A DNA stretch of 64,000 nucleotides from Schmidtea polychroa (taxonomy: Eukaryota): positions 9,116,001 through 9,180,000 of the forward strand of contig CM097885.1 of assembly GCA_044892525.1 (NCBI GenBank). Direction: 5' to 3'. The notes under the pieces are model-generated. The model had not been told where the DNA came from. It ran no database searches and worked only from the letters and a program-made list of their open reading frames with translations. Each line of letters opens with the position of its first letter. Positions within the stretch are counted from its first letter, which is position 1. Below, piece after piece: positions 12,693 through 26,046 of this stretch. Made by a program: the position numbers and the translations under genes.

Positions 12693-13662
12693 CTACTGTT
12701 TTTTATCTTTTATGTCTCTTTTCACATGTCTGATCGAGATTTAAGTGTAACCATGTATAGGCAGAATTTAATTCTCTACAACATGGCGCAATTACAATTT
12801 CAGTTTGATGCTTTGTGTGTAATGCACACATGTTTTTACAATAAATTTGTAGTTTTTCGCGCGGTTAACGTAATTTTCTTGGATTTTTATTCATATATTA
12901 TATAGATAAAATTTAATTTTCTATAAAATAGCTTGATTAAAAATTATGTCTCGTATGTTGTGTGTAATACACACATGTTTTTATGATAAATTTGTATTTT
13001 TCATACAGTTAACGTAATTTTCTTAGGATTTTATTCATATAATATATAGATAAAATTTAATTTTCTATAAAATGGATTGATTAGAAATTATGTATCTTGT
13101 TTTGTGTGTAATACACACATGTTTTTACGATAAATTTGTATTTATTATACGTTAACGTAATTTCCTTGGATATTTATTCATATATTATATAGATAAAATT
13201 TAATTTTCTATAAAATGGATTGATCTAGAGTTTAAAATGTTGTATTATTTTATTACTTTGTTGCAATATTTTTATTATTTTAGTTACAATATTCTTTTTA
13301 ATTTGTTGTCCGTCTTCGAAATAATGTATTGATTTGTCTTAATTACCATTATTATTTTATTACTTTGTTGCAATATTTTTATTATTTTAGTTACAATTTG
13401 ATAAATATTTTACAAATTTGTTGAAATTTTCTGAAATATGTTACTACTTTGTTGTAATATTTTCTAATCTTGTTACAATTTGCTTAAATATTTTACAACT
13501 GTTGAAAATTTATCTGAAATATGTTATTACTTTGTTACAATTTTATGAAAACGTTATTACTGTTTTGCAATTTGATGAAAAATGATATTACTTTGTGGGT
13601 TCATCACATTATTTTTATTAAATTATTATGAAAATGTTAAATAAGTCAACTTTAGCGTCAAA

Positions 13663-16600
13663 ATGTGTTTTAAAATATGTCCCGTATGTAAGACTAGTGA
13701 CCCCGTAACATATAGCGTTTTTTATAATAAACATAAAAATCATTTAGATAGGTTTAATTTTAAAAAAGATAGTGTTTTTAAAAGACCCTCAACTATAGAA
13801 AAAAATAATAAAAATTAAAAAATTAAATTAGATACTTCTTCTTTTGAATCCCAGGTCGGATTGCCTTTTGTGGAATCCAATGATGGATTGGTTGTCGAAT
13901 CCCATGATGGATTGGTTGTTGAATCCCAGGTCGGATTAGATAATATTTCCCTTGACTCTTGGGATGGATTAAATATAATACAAATAGGTGGAAATGTTCC
14001 AATAATACAAAAAGATCTAAGAGGTACCCATCAAATATTAAGCTTAAATACAAGCGACTTAAATATAAAAGAAATAATATTTCCTGAACAACTAATAAAA
14101 AAATTACGAGATATTATTAACGAATTAGGCTCCGTCAAAATTCAATTCGGAATAACAATCGAATTTGAAAAAGACGGGGAAATAAAGGTTAATAATATCT
14201 CAAATTATGCAAAGCCTTTAACTGCATCATTTTTTGACGAAGGCATTAGGGAACTAAACGAGAAAATAAGTAATATCACAGAGTTAGGAAGTAGCTGGAT
14301 CATAAAAAAAAATAACAGAAATTCACTTCACCATAACAAAGATAAGTAGGCTAAGTAGATTAAGTGGTAGGAGTTTCATTGAAACACCTACTTATCTAAA
14401 ACATAAATATTGTTTAATTAATATAAAAAACACCGATGATTCATGTTTTTTATATAGCATTTTAGCTATTTTAAAATATGATGAGGTTAGTAGTTATGCT
14501 AGAAATAGGACATCCAGTTATAATTTATCTGAATTAATATATAATCCATTGGACTTACCCATGAAATTAAAAGATATTAGAAAATTCGAGGCCAAAAATC
14601 CAGGCTTAATAATTAACGTTTTTTCTTATGACAATAACAAACAATTAATAGATAATTACGTATTAAAACACCCACATTTAGATATTATACATCGTTCCAA
14701 AGTTTTAAATGGAACTGTAATTAATTTACTATTATTAAATAAAGGAAACAATTTCCATTACGTTGCTATAAGTAATTTAAATAAGTTAATGAATTGTCAT
14801 ATCAACACTAGTTGTCCTACACGCATACGTTCATTATGGTGCCATCGGTGTTTGAATGGGTTTAATAATAAACACGCGCTAGAAAAACATGAAATATTAT
14901 GTAAACGTAATCAATTAGGAACAACTCTTTACACCTTCCCTCAAAATAAATTATTACAGTTTACTGACTGGTCGAAAACAGTAACTCCTCCTTTTGTAGT
15001 TTATGCAGATTTTGAGGCTATTTTACCTTCTGATAATGATCATTTCCAACGACACATGCCAATATCTGCTGGTCTTTTACTTGTAAATAACTTTGACGGA
15101 TCTAAATCTTATCAGCAGTTCATAGGTTTAGATTGCGTCGAGAGTTTTTTAAGTGCTATAGAGGATATAGCATTAAATAAGGTTCTTCCTTTTTATTATA
15201 AAATGGGTAGGAAACCTATGATGAAATTAACAAAAATTGAACAACGTCAATTTGTTAGTGCATCTGTTTGTTATCTTTGTATGAAATCTATCGTCGATCC
15301 TGTTAGAGATCACGATCATTTTACGGGGAAATACATGGGTGCAGCTTGTAGCACATGTAACGTAAATAGGAAAATAAATAAAATTTTGCCTATCGTATTT
15401 CACAACTTGAAGGGATACGATATGCACCATATACTTAAATATGGATTAAATAAATTTAAAAATTGGAATTTAGGGTGCATCCCAATAACTACGGAAAAAT
15501 TTATATCTTTGATTGCTCATTTAGGTAAAATTAGCCTAAGATTCATTGATTCGTATCAATTTGTCAATGATTCTTTGGCTAAAGCAGTCAAAACTTTGAA
15601 TTCTTTGCCTTTTACTAATTCTGCTTTTTCTGGCACCATAGTAAGTGAAAAAGGAATCTTCCCTTATAATTTCGCCACTTCTTTAGATATTCTCCAAACT
15701 ACTTATGAATTACCACCAATCTGGGAGGGTGTCACTGAGCTTGAGTATGAAAAAGCTCAGGAGATTTGGGTAGAAACTAATTGCGTAACTTTATTAGATT
15801 ATATGATGATCTACCTAAAACTTGATTGTTTTCTTTTGGCTGATTTCTTTCATCAGTTTCGGTTGAAATCCATTGCTCACAATAGATTGGAACCATTGAA
15901 TTATTTCGGAATTCCAGGCATGTCTTGGTCTTCTGCATTAATGTCTTTAAATGAACCAATTGAACTCATAACTGAAAACGAAATGTTTAGCTTTTATGAG
16001 GGTGGAATAAGAGGCGGTCTTACTTTTGTGAATAAGCATTACGTAAAAACCGACGAGAACACTGAGTTACTATATATAGATATTAATAATCTTTATGGCT
16101 GGGCTTTAAGTCAATCATTACCTTGTGGCGAATTTTGTTGGGTTCTTGATGGATTTGATAAAATAATGGATGAATGTAGGAATTTAAATCTTGAATCTTT
16201 GTCTTATGGATACACACTTGAAGTTGATCTTGTAATTCCTTCTGAGCTTCATGATAAGTTGGATGATTTCCCTGTAGCTGCTGAAAAAATGAAACCTGCT
16301 GGGTCTAAGGTTGAAAAATTATTATTAACTCATCTTCCAAAATCTAATTATGTTATTCATTGGAGATTATTAAAATTATATTTGGAACTTGGTGTTAAAG
16401 TAACACGTGTAAATAGGGGTGTAAGATTTAAGCAATCACCAATTTTTAAAAAATATATAGATACAAATACCGAATTAAGATCAAAAAGCGTAAATAGCTT
16501 AGATAAAAATTATTATAAATTGCTAAATAATAGTTTATACGGCAAAACAGTTGAAAATTTAAAGAGAAGAATGAATCTTCGTCTTTGTACAACTGCCGGT

Positions 16601-17441
16601 AAATTAGTTAAATATTCGTCAAAACCGACTTTTAAAAAATCTATTAAAATAGCAGATAATTTAATTGCAGCACTATTGAATTCCGATTCTATATGTTTAG
16701 ATAGACCGAGTTACATTGGTCAATCTGTACTTGATCTATCTAAACTTAGAATGTATGAATTGCAATATAAGGATCTGGAATCATTTCGCAATGAGTTTAA
16801 TTGTAAAATTAATATCGTTGCAGGTGATACAGATTCTTTTTTCCTCGAAGTCATTAACTGCAAACTTGAGGTTCTTTTACCTGCAATGGTTCGAGATAAT
16901 TTATTGGATACTTCCAATTACAATAGTTGTCATTCCTTATATAGTAAGAACCTTGATTCAGTCATTGGAAAGTTCAAAGACGAGAATAAAGGTCTTAAAT
17001 ATAAGGAGCGGGTTTTTCTTAGACCTAAATGTTATAGTTTGTTGGGTGATGAGGAAACAAAAAAGGCTAAAGGTGTAACATTGAAAGGTAGTGACATAAA
17101 ACATCAGTCATACCTGGATTGTTATAACACTAACCAGATTTTTTCGGTTCCTCAGACTAAAATAACAAGCAAAAATCATCAAATTTTTACAATTAAAAAC
17201 ACAAAAATAGCACTAACTAACAAAGATGACAAAAGGGTTTGGGTGGGGAAAAATACTAGTCTTGCATATGGGCATGTAAGATTAAGTGAATTAAATATTG
17301 GAGAAAATGTTGGAGAAATTGTTGCAGAAAATGTTTCAGAAAATGTTGGAGAAAAATGGAGAAGATGAGGAAGAATTAAATGAAGATTTTGGAGAAGATG
17401 ACATCGATATCGATGACGTTATTTTGTCCGATGAGGACTAA
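13663..17441 (+). pseudogene. polB: Protein-primed DNA polymerase B, family B, mirror copy (939-aa open core 14549..17368)
   Basis: Same 939-aa translation as the left copy; ATG at 13663, TAA at 13816, A9 frameshift near 14304-14312, frameshift near 17355 hiding an acidic tail ending at TAA 17441. Confidence 0.95.
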
Positions 17442-17628
17442 TTTTATTGAATAAATTTTATATCTTTACATTTGTTATTTGGTAAATTTTTATGTTTGTT
17501 ATGTGTCTAGTTCATTTTTATGTGTTTAGTTAATGTTTATATGTTTTGTTATGTGCCTAGTTATTTTTATGTGTTTAGTTAATTTTTTATGTGTTGTATA
17601 GTATTTGGTTGATATATTATTAATATTA

Positions 17629-17693
<65 letters not shown>

Positions 17694-17694
17694 A

Positions 17695-18844
17695 TTTCAT
17701 AAAAATTTTCATTAAAAATTATCTTAAAAATTATTCTATTAAAATTTCCATTAAAAATTACCATTGAAAATTATTCATAAAAATTTCTATTAAAAATTAC
17801 TTAAAAAATAATTCATTAAAATTTCCATTAAAAAATTTCAATTCTCAAACACCTTCTATTTTTGTTAATAAATTTAAAAATCTTACTTTAATTTACTTAT
17901 TACATTACTTTAATTTACTTATTTAAAAATTATTACTTTAATTTACTTATTTAACTTTAATTTAAATTTTTTTTACCATTGATTATTTAATTTTAAAATT
18001 TGGACCTTAATTAACTTTAATTTAATTTTTAGAACCATAATTTACTTTAATTTTAAAATTTTTGACCATTATTTACTGTAATTTAATTTTTAGAACCATT
18101 ATTTACTGTAATTTAAAATATTTGGACCATTATTTACTTTAATTTAATTTTTTAGAACCATTATTTACTTTAATTTAAAAATTTGGATCATAATTTACTT
18201 TAATTTAAATTTTTGGACTGTAATTCAAAAATTTTGACCATAATTTACTTTAATTTAATTTTTAAGAACCATAATTTACTTTAATTTAAAAATTTGGACC
18301 ATAATTTACTGTAATTTAATTTTTTAGAACCATTATTTACTTTAATTGAAAAATCTTAGCCCATAATTTACTTATTTAGACCATAATTTACTTTATTTCA
18401 AAAATAAATCTGAACCTTGATTTACTTAAATTTTTAGATCCATCATTTACTTTATTTTTAAATTTTAGACCCATAATTTGCTTTATTTTAAAAATTTACT
18501 ATGCGTTTTTTAATGTAAACCACCTTTTCTATTGAAATTCTCATGACCAAGAAGATCCCCTCACTATAGTGTGAAAAATCCATGCTTTTTTATTGAAGAC
18601 TACCTTTTTCTATTGAAATTCTCAGGACCAAGGAGACCCACCCAAATAATATTTATCCTTGGCTTGTTTATTGAAAAAAAAAAAAAAAAAAAAAAAATTT
18701 TGTATTTAAAATCCCAGAAAACATTGGGCATTACGGCAACAATTATGTAATCAAAAAATGTCTACGGAAAAAGTTATGCAATCAAAAGTTTGCAACATTT
18801 TTACCCCCCCCCCTATTGCTGCCGTAAGCCACTAACTACCTACT
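17695..18844 (-). repeat. Polinton family B TIR, mirror copy
   Basis: Reverse complement of 5571-6725, ends ctaactacctact. Confidence 0.9.
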
Positions 18845-19138
18845 TTTTAAATACTTATTTTGACGCTAAAGTCGACAGAAAAAAATTATTGCATATACTT
18901 TGCACATACTTTGCAATATTATTATTATTATATATAGTCTGAGTTTATCCGACAAGATATTCTGTCCCCCTATGGGTACTGCTTACAAAGGTACTGCTAA
19001 AAAATATTCAAGGCAAAACTTTAACATATTATTATTACACACACACACACATATAATGTATAAAAAATTGTTCACAAAGGTACTGCTAAAAAACTCAAGG
19101 CAATAAAATCAATACATTTATTAAATAATTTAACCACA

Positions 19139-21342
19139 TCATCGAAAATAATCATGTCCAAAATAATTATCATCTGCTGGATCATGGAAATCATCTGGAT
19201 CATCTGCTGAGACAGCTTCTGTTGAATCTATAAATATATCGGTGTCACCTCCCCTATAATGGCCATATGCCAAACTTTGAATTTTATCCACCCAATTTCG
19301 CTTATCATCTCTACATGTCAAGGCTCTTTTATTATTTTTAATACCAAAAAGTTGGTGATTTTTCGATGTTATTCTAAATTGAGGGACTGTGTATATTTTA
19401 TCGTTTAAATAACAATCTAGATACGACTGATGTGTTAGTCCCTTAGCCTTCATACTTTCATCATCACCCATTAAACTGTAACATTTAGGTCTCAAGAATA
19501 CCCAATCTTCATATAATAAACCTTTATTCTCGTCTTTGAATTTACCAATGACAGAATCAAGGTTCCTCCTATATAAAGGATGATTTGGGTCAAAATTCGA
19601 AGTATCTAATAATTGATCTCTAATCATCGCAGGTAAAAGAATGTCAAGACTACAATGTTTAATTGCCAAGAAGAAGGAATCTCTGTCCGCAGAAACAATA
19701 TTAATTTCGCAGTTGAATTCGTCGCGATATTTTTGCAACTGTTCATACTGCTGCTGGTACATCCTGAGTTTGGATAAATCTAGTACAGTTTGAGCAATGT
19801 AACTAGGTCTATTCAAACAGATACAATCCTTCCTCAATAAAACCGAAATCAGGTCATCATCTATTTTCGTGGATTTTCGAAAAGTTGGTTTCGAACAGAA
19901 TGTTAATAATTTCTGTGAAGAATTACACAGACGTAAATTAATACGTTTTTTTAAGATTTTCAACTGTCTTGCCGTAAAAGACTGTTGTTTAATAATTTAT
20001 AAAAATTTTTATCAAGTTTATTTCTCGGCGCTGCTCGTAACACCGTATTTGTGTTAATATAATTTTTGAAAATTTTATCTTGTTTAAATTTAATTGCTCT
20101 ATGAGTTTGTGATATTTTAACACCTAATTTAATAAATATTTGCAGAAGCCTCCAATGAAGAACGTAGTTCATCTTGGGGCTGTGTGTAAGCAACATCTTC
20201 TCTATTTTCGAACCCGGTACACACATCTTTTCAGCGGCAACGGGAAGATCGTCCAGTTTGTCGTGAATTGACGTCGGTATTTCTAAATCCACGTCTATGG
20301 TATAACCATAATCAAGTAGATCTAAATCTACCGTTGTGCACTCAACAATTATATTATTTAATAAATTATCATCTGTAACCCATTAAAAGTCACTGCAAGG
20401 TAATGGTTGACTTAAAGCCCAACCATATAAATTATTTATATCTATGTAAAGCAAAGCGGTATCCATCATGTAATCAAAAAGTGAAGTAAATGAAGTTTCA
20501 AGCCAAATTCTTTGAGCTGTCTCATATTCAGCGGGAGTCACATCTTTCCAAATAGGAGGTAACTGACGAGTGTTATGCAAAACCTCTAATGAAGTTGTGG
20601 CATCATAAGAAAAAAATCTCTTTGCAGTTATTATTGTACCCTGAAATTCTGATTCGGTCAAGGGTAAAGATGATAAAGTTTTGACAGCATTATTTAAAAA
20701 CTCGCTTACAAATTGATAAGAGTCTATAAATTTAACGGTTAATGAGTCAATCCTAGCAAAAAGACTAAGAAATTTCTCGCTGGTTAAAGGAATACAGCTT
20801 ATATTCCATGAATGATATTTTGAAAGGCCAAATTTCAAGATATGATGCAGATCATAACCCTTTAAATTATGAAATACTACAGGAAGGATATGTCTAATTT
20901 GCCTTGACAGATTACAAACCGTACAAGCGGCACCAAGATATAGACCGGTAAAATATTCATTGTCCTTAACTGGGCTAACTGAAGGCTTATTGCACAAATA
21001 ACATGATGTGCTGTTTGCAAACATTAATTGTTGTTCATCTGTAATTATCATTTTCTTTTGATAATGTTTATAATAATAAGGTGTTACAATATATTTCCCT
21101 ATCATTTCAATTTCAGTAAGAAATTGATCGACGCAATCTAAACCGGTGAACGAGTTATTAATTTTTACGCCGGTAAAATTATTAATAAAAAGCATATCAG
21201 CAGAAATAAGCAGATGACGTTGAAAGTAGCGAGTGTCTTTAGGTAAGATAGCCTCAAAGTCGGTGTAAATAACAAACGGAGGAGTGACTGTTTTACTCCA
21301 ATCAGTAAATTCTAAATATTTATTTTTAGGCAATGTATACAA
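19139..21342 (-). pseudogene. polB: pPolB family A remnant, mirror copy
   Basis: ORFs identical to 3073-5276. Confidence 0.95.
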
Positions 21343-21519
21343 TGCCTTTATTACTCAGTGCTTTGTTACTTTGCACTGTGCATGCACTGAACATGTAATA
21401 GTATGACATAATAATTTTAAACATAAAATAATAATATTTAACAAATAATAATAATATTTTTTAAATTAATTATATATCTTTGTCAACAAATAAAAAACAA
21501 ATGATACAGTATACATTTA

Positions 21520-21867
21520 TTAAGCATCAAATTTTTTATACAACAACCATGCCAAACAGTGTTGACCGCATGTTTGAGTCAATGGATTTTGAAACATAGT
21601 TTTATTATATACAATAGCTTTCCCAATTGTTTGCAGTTTAGATATCAACAAAGTAGGATAATAGAAACCCATAGGATCGAATACGAATATATCACTAGGT
21701 TTCACACATATAGCTATCCAATGTTCTCCACCAAGATGATACGAATGAGTATTGACGATTACGGCTTGATTATTGCTCAAATAAGCAATTTTATCGATAG
21801 GAAAAACTCCTAAAAATTCATTTCCTAATATTTGTTTTCCAATTCGATTAACCTGAACAGAACTACT
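21520..21867 (-). pseudogene. Adenain-like cysteine protease, mirror copy
   Basis: Translation identical to 2635-2895. Confidence 0.9.
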
Positions 21868-21932
21868 GTAATAAAATTAAACAGTATCAAAAACACTAAC
21901 TCCATGACAAATTTCTATATTTCTGTTTACAT

Positions 21933-22517
21933 TTATACTAGCACGGTTCTATTTGCAGTAATTTGAACTTCATTTTCCAATACTCCATATATAATAACAT
22001 GTACCAGTTCTGTAATGGCCTTTGCAAACTTTATATCCAGTCGTAAATTGACGTTTTGTGGTAGTTGACTCTGATTTAAATCAAACTCGGGGGCTAAAAC
22101 AAATGTGAAAAATGGGTATTTGATTTTAAATTCTTCAAGAGTTATTCCACAATTCAAATTTTTATCTAAATAACCCAGATTTCTAACAATACTTTGCATA
22201 TATGTAGCACAGTAATTATCACGTTCGAAATCTTGAGTATATGTTTCTCTATAATCAGTAATTTTAGACAAAGTCAATGAAGTAACACCAAAGTTTTTGA
22301 AAATTGAGCTGGAAGCAGTATGAGATCTTTTGAAATAAATCTTACATTGACTATAAAATAGGAATGTGTTGTACACGAATGTAAAATCTTGCAGTGCAAC
22401 TTCTCAGTCACTATTTAAAGAAATCGGATTCTGGAGATTGACCATAAATTTGCTGGCTTGATTATCTGGATGAATTAATGGGCAACTATTGCTTGGTAAA
22501 ATAGTATAAAAATTCAC
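21933..22517 (-). pseudogene. Penton/major capsid deletion fusion, mirror copy
   Basis: Translation identical to 2039-2482. Confidence 0.8.
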
Positions 22518-23141
22518 TTTACAAGGTCCTTTTTTGATATCCATGATGGGTTTTGATATCCATGCCACTTGACATAGTATTGTTTATCCTTGCCGACCTT
22601 TTTAGTTTTCAATATCTTTTGAATTCTAAATACTTTTGGAGGAGGAATAACTTGTAATTCTTGCTCATAAAATTTTCCTTGTACAATATTATTATCATTG
22701 TCTTTGATGACAATCATTACAGGACTCTGGCTAGTATTTACTTTTGAAATTACAAAGACTTCATCATTCTAATTTGTATCGAAATGTTTAATAAATGGTG
22801 ATGCACTAATTTTACTAATTCTAACATGGTCACCTACTTTATATTTAGGTTTTGTAATTTTTACAGGTTTTGTAGAATAGAATGTTTTTGAAGTGATATC
22901 AATCGGCATTAATCTATTCAGTCCTCGATGTGATGAATGATTATAACTGGTTATTATTTTTGGTAAAACCAATATCCATTTTTTATTACCTTGATGTACA
23001 AAGAATTTCTTTAATCTATCTCTCAATGTTCATTTAAATCTTTCAACATGAGCAGCTTTGTATTGATAATGTACCGAGTAATGGTTTATATTCAATTTAT
23101 TGAGGATTTGCTTGACTTTACTGTTGTAGAATTCTTTACCT

Positions 23142-23191
<50 letters not shown>

Positions 23192-23198
23192 CATAATC

Positions 23199-23272
<74 letters not shown>

Positions 23273-23664
23273 TTTAATAATATTACCTAAATCCGTTTGC
23301 AAGTTATTAGGATGTCCTTTTTAAATAAATTATTAACAGCTTTTGACATTTCATCTGCAGATTTTGACCTTGACTGGTATTGCTCGAGCAAACCAACTGA
23401 ATACGTCAATACATGTTAAAATATATTTATACCGAATGTTAATTTTCGAATAGGGTATCATCTCCATCAAATCCATTTGCCATAAATCATTTATTCCATG
23501 TTTTATATGCTCTTGTTGGAAATCGTTTCTGCATTGGTTTGTTCAAACTGTACAAACTGTTCAAACTTCTGGGTTTCCTTTTTCGAATTCGGAACTCTTT
23601 TCTTTATTTTTGCGACTCCACCAAAACCGGCTTCGTCTTCGGGGTTCGTCCAAATCTTATCCAT
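22514..23664 (-). pseudogene. Polinton chromo-integrase remnant, mirror copy
   Basis: Mirror of 757-1901; the (ATT)n insert is 6 nt longer. Confidence 0.95.
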
Positions 23665-24218
23665 TACAACAAGAAGATTTAATATTAAATTTAATGTCGG
23701 GTAATGAAGGATTAGCACTCATTGTTTATGATCGACTTCCTATTATTCCACCTAATAATGATATTGCTAAAGGTATCAATGCACCGATAAATTTCCCTTG
23801 TTGTTTATATATAATTTTTCTCATTTGTTGACGATTTTTATTATTTACTAATGATAACAAAGGTTTTCTTTACTCAGTAATTGCTTTTTAGATTTACTGA
23901 TTTTAATCTTGCCTTTGACTACTTTAAGTATAATATCGACAATATAATTTGGAAATGATTGCAAAATACTGTTTCTTTTCATACTTGGTGCCTTTAACAA
24001 TGTATTAAAAAACGGGAAACTCCGATGATTTTTAACAACTTTTACTTTCTTACTTGTTTTACTTTTAGGTTAGAGGTTTAGGATTTTTCGAAATAAGATT
24101 CATTGCAGAAATATTTTCTGTAATAAGTTCTTTAGATGGAGTATAACTAGTTGTTGGTGGAACTTTTAGTTGTTTTTAACCTGATATCCTTGTTTTTGAA
24201 AACATGATTTATATGTTT

Positions 24219-24480
24219 TCAAATTTGTTTTGAACTTTGTTTATAAACCATGGCACCTTTTGGGTTGAAAATATCTGTTTTTATCCGTATATCATCAGGA
24301 CATTGTTGTGTGAAATCGAGAAATATATATCCATGCGGTATTTTCGTAGCAACTTGAAATGCTTTGATAAGAAAATTACGGTTATTAGGGTAAGCTTGAC
24401 GTGCAAGAAAATCAATCAAGTGTTCGATGTGCACCACCTTGATGAAATAGATTTTGTGTTATGAAAATAACTGTTACACC
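24219..24480 (-). pseudogene. Polinton packaging ATPase remnant
   Basis: GVTVIFITQNLFHQGGAHRT then, after a deletion/frameshift, IDFLARQAYP... Confidence 0.88.
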
Positions 24481-24954
24481 AACACAGGAACTATTATTGA
24501 TTCACTATTTCCCCTATTGTAATTTCATCATAAAACATTTCCAATAAAACTTCACCCATTTAAATATTCAAAAGATTCCACCAGTCCCTCACCAAATATT
24601 TTGACCCATTTAAACATCCAACCGTCTACAGTTTTTACAATAATCAAGTGATTGGATATTTCTCTTAATTTTGATGATGACTTTATAATGATATTGAATT
24701 TTACTAAAGAATTTTTTCAATAATTATATTTTCCAGAGACTGAAACCGAACCCGAACCCGAAACCATCCAATCAACATTGAATATGGTTACAACTGATCC
24801 ACAGCATACTAATGTTGCAATTAGTTTATAATTGGCCAAATGCATCAATAAACTGATTTTTTAAAAATGTTTTTTTAGCAAATATTTCCAAAATAATAAA
24901 ACTGATGAAAAGCCAAAATAAATCAATTTTTATTGAAATGCTTTTTTAAATTTC

Positions 24955-26046
24955 TCATAATTTTTCAATTCTGCATCTGAGCAGCAATTTATTATTTTTG
25001 GCTGCAAATTCATAGATTGAGACATCACAATGATAAATGCCAATTGAATCATTTCTGTCCTTTGACGGTTTCTTCCATCCGGCATCACGAGGGCGATCTG
25101 AATAATTTGTCGACTGACTCTTATAAATGTTGCCATTTGCTGGATCGATCACATCGATTGTCACAGATTGTTTGAACGGCCAATCCAACTGCTTATCATT
25201 TTCCCCACGCATCAAACAGAAACCAACCCAAATTGCATCCCCATGACCCTTAGAAACCCTAATCATCATCCTCAAGCACATTTTGTAACCAACTAGCCCT
25301 GAATAAAATGACTCGCTGTAAATATATTGACTTCTCTTTTGTTGTGATAATTTATCGATGTTCCATTCAAAAAATCCATAATTTATATTTTTTTCATTTG
25401 TGCATTTCGTCATTTCAAGCTGCAACTGAATCGAAAATTCAAATATTTCAATAATAATTCAATAATTAACCTTTTCATTTTCCTGTTGCAGACGCTGCTC
25501 GCATTTCTTTTTCGTCTCACCAACTTGCTGTCTGATCTGCTTCGCATCAATAACAAATCAATAACAAATCAAATAAATAATCAAACTTGATTGGTTGATC
25601 CAATATTTGTCTCCATCTTCATTCTCAATGAGTGATTGTCATTCTTCACTGCCACCATTTCCTCATTCAATTTATCGAATTCCCCTCTGTTGTGCACTTC
25701 TTCCCTTTCAATATTGCACAATTTCATCTCCAATTACAAATACAAATAAAATTAATTACAAATAAAATTTTACATTGATATTATTAAATTGTTGTTTGAA
25801 TTGCGTGATTTCTCCTTTCAATTCAATAACTTCGTTAGGCAAATGCATATTCTCATCTCTCATTGATTGCATCTCATTGCATAAATTACTGATCTGATCA
25901 ATCAATAATTTGCTATGGCTTTCAATGTTCTCATTGAGATGGACTTTCATTTCGTTATTCACCACTTCATTCATTTCGCATCCAATTTTATTAAATGGAC
26001 ATCTGATTGGCTGATTGTTATCGAATTTAAATTTATTGCTCTTCAT
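24955..26046 (-). CDS. TRAF-like protein (TRAF Zn-finger remnant, coiled coil, MATH domain); multi-exon, possibly a pseudogene
   Basis: CPFNKIGC..MKVHLNENIESH; MATH motifs FEWNID, SESFYS..GYKMCL, LMRGEND..LDWPFKQSVT; three short GT-AG introns between ~25426 and ~25773; the penultimate exon (~65 nt) looks frameshifted. Confidence 0.85.

Larger units (their letters stand above)
1..24420. repeat. Giant inverted duplication (palindrome 1): arms <=1..11747 and 12676..>=24420, spacer 11748..12675
   Basis: ORFs in 1..11.7 kb have identical or near-identical mirrors (e.g. 7055..9874- / 14549..17368+, 3073..4032+ / 20383..21342-, 2..202+ / 24219..-); coordinate sums are constant at ~24415-24423; base 1 (cttgattgat) mirrors 24420. 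Confidence 0.98.
19125..24480 (-). mobile_element. Decayed Polinton gene cassette (family A), right mirror copy
   Basis: Reverse complement of 1..5290 plus ~60 more bases of ATPase. Confidence 0.93.

Noticed and set aside
11518..12905. 85-aa ORF pair at the palindrome centre
   Set aside because: Non-ATG starts, runs through terminus and repeat sequence, no recognisable domain.
14300..14315. Programmed -1 ribosomal frameshift at the A9 run
   Set aside because: Rejoining needs a +1 shift, and other lesions in the gene indicate simple mutation.
5565..18850. 6-bp TSD for the 5571-18844 unit
   Set aside because: The flanks are reverse complements (ttaaaa/ttttaa) belonging to the larger mirror, not direct repeats.
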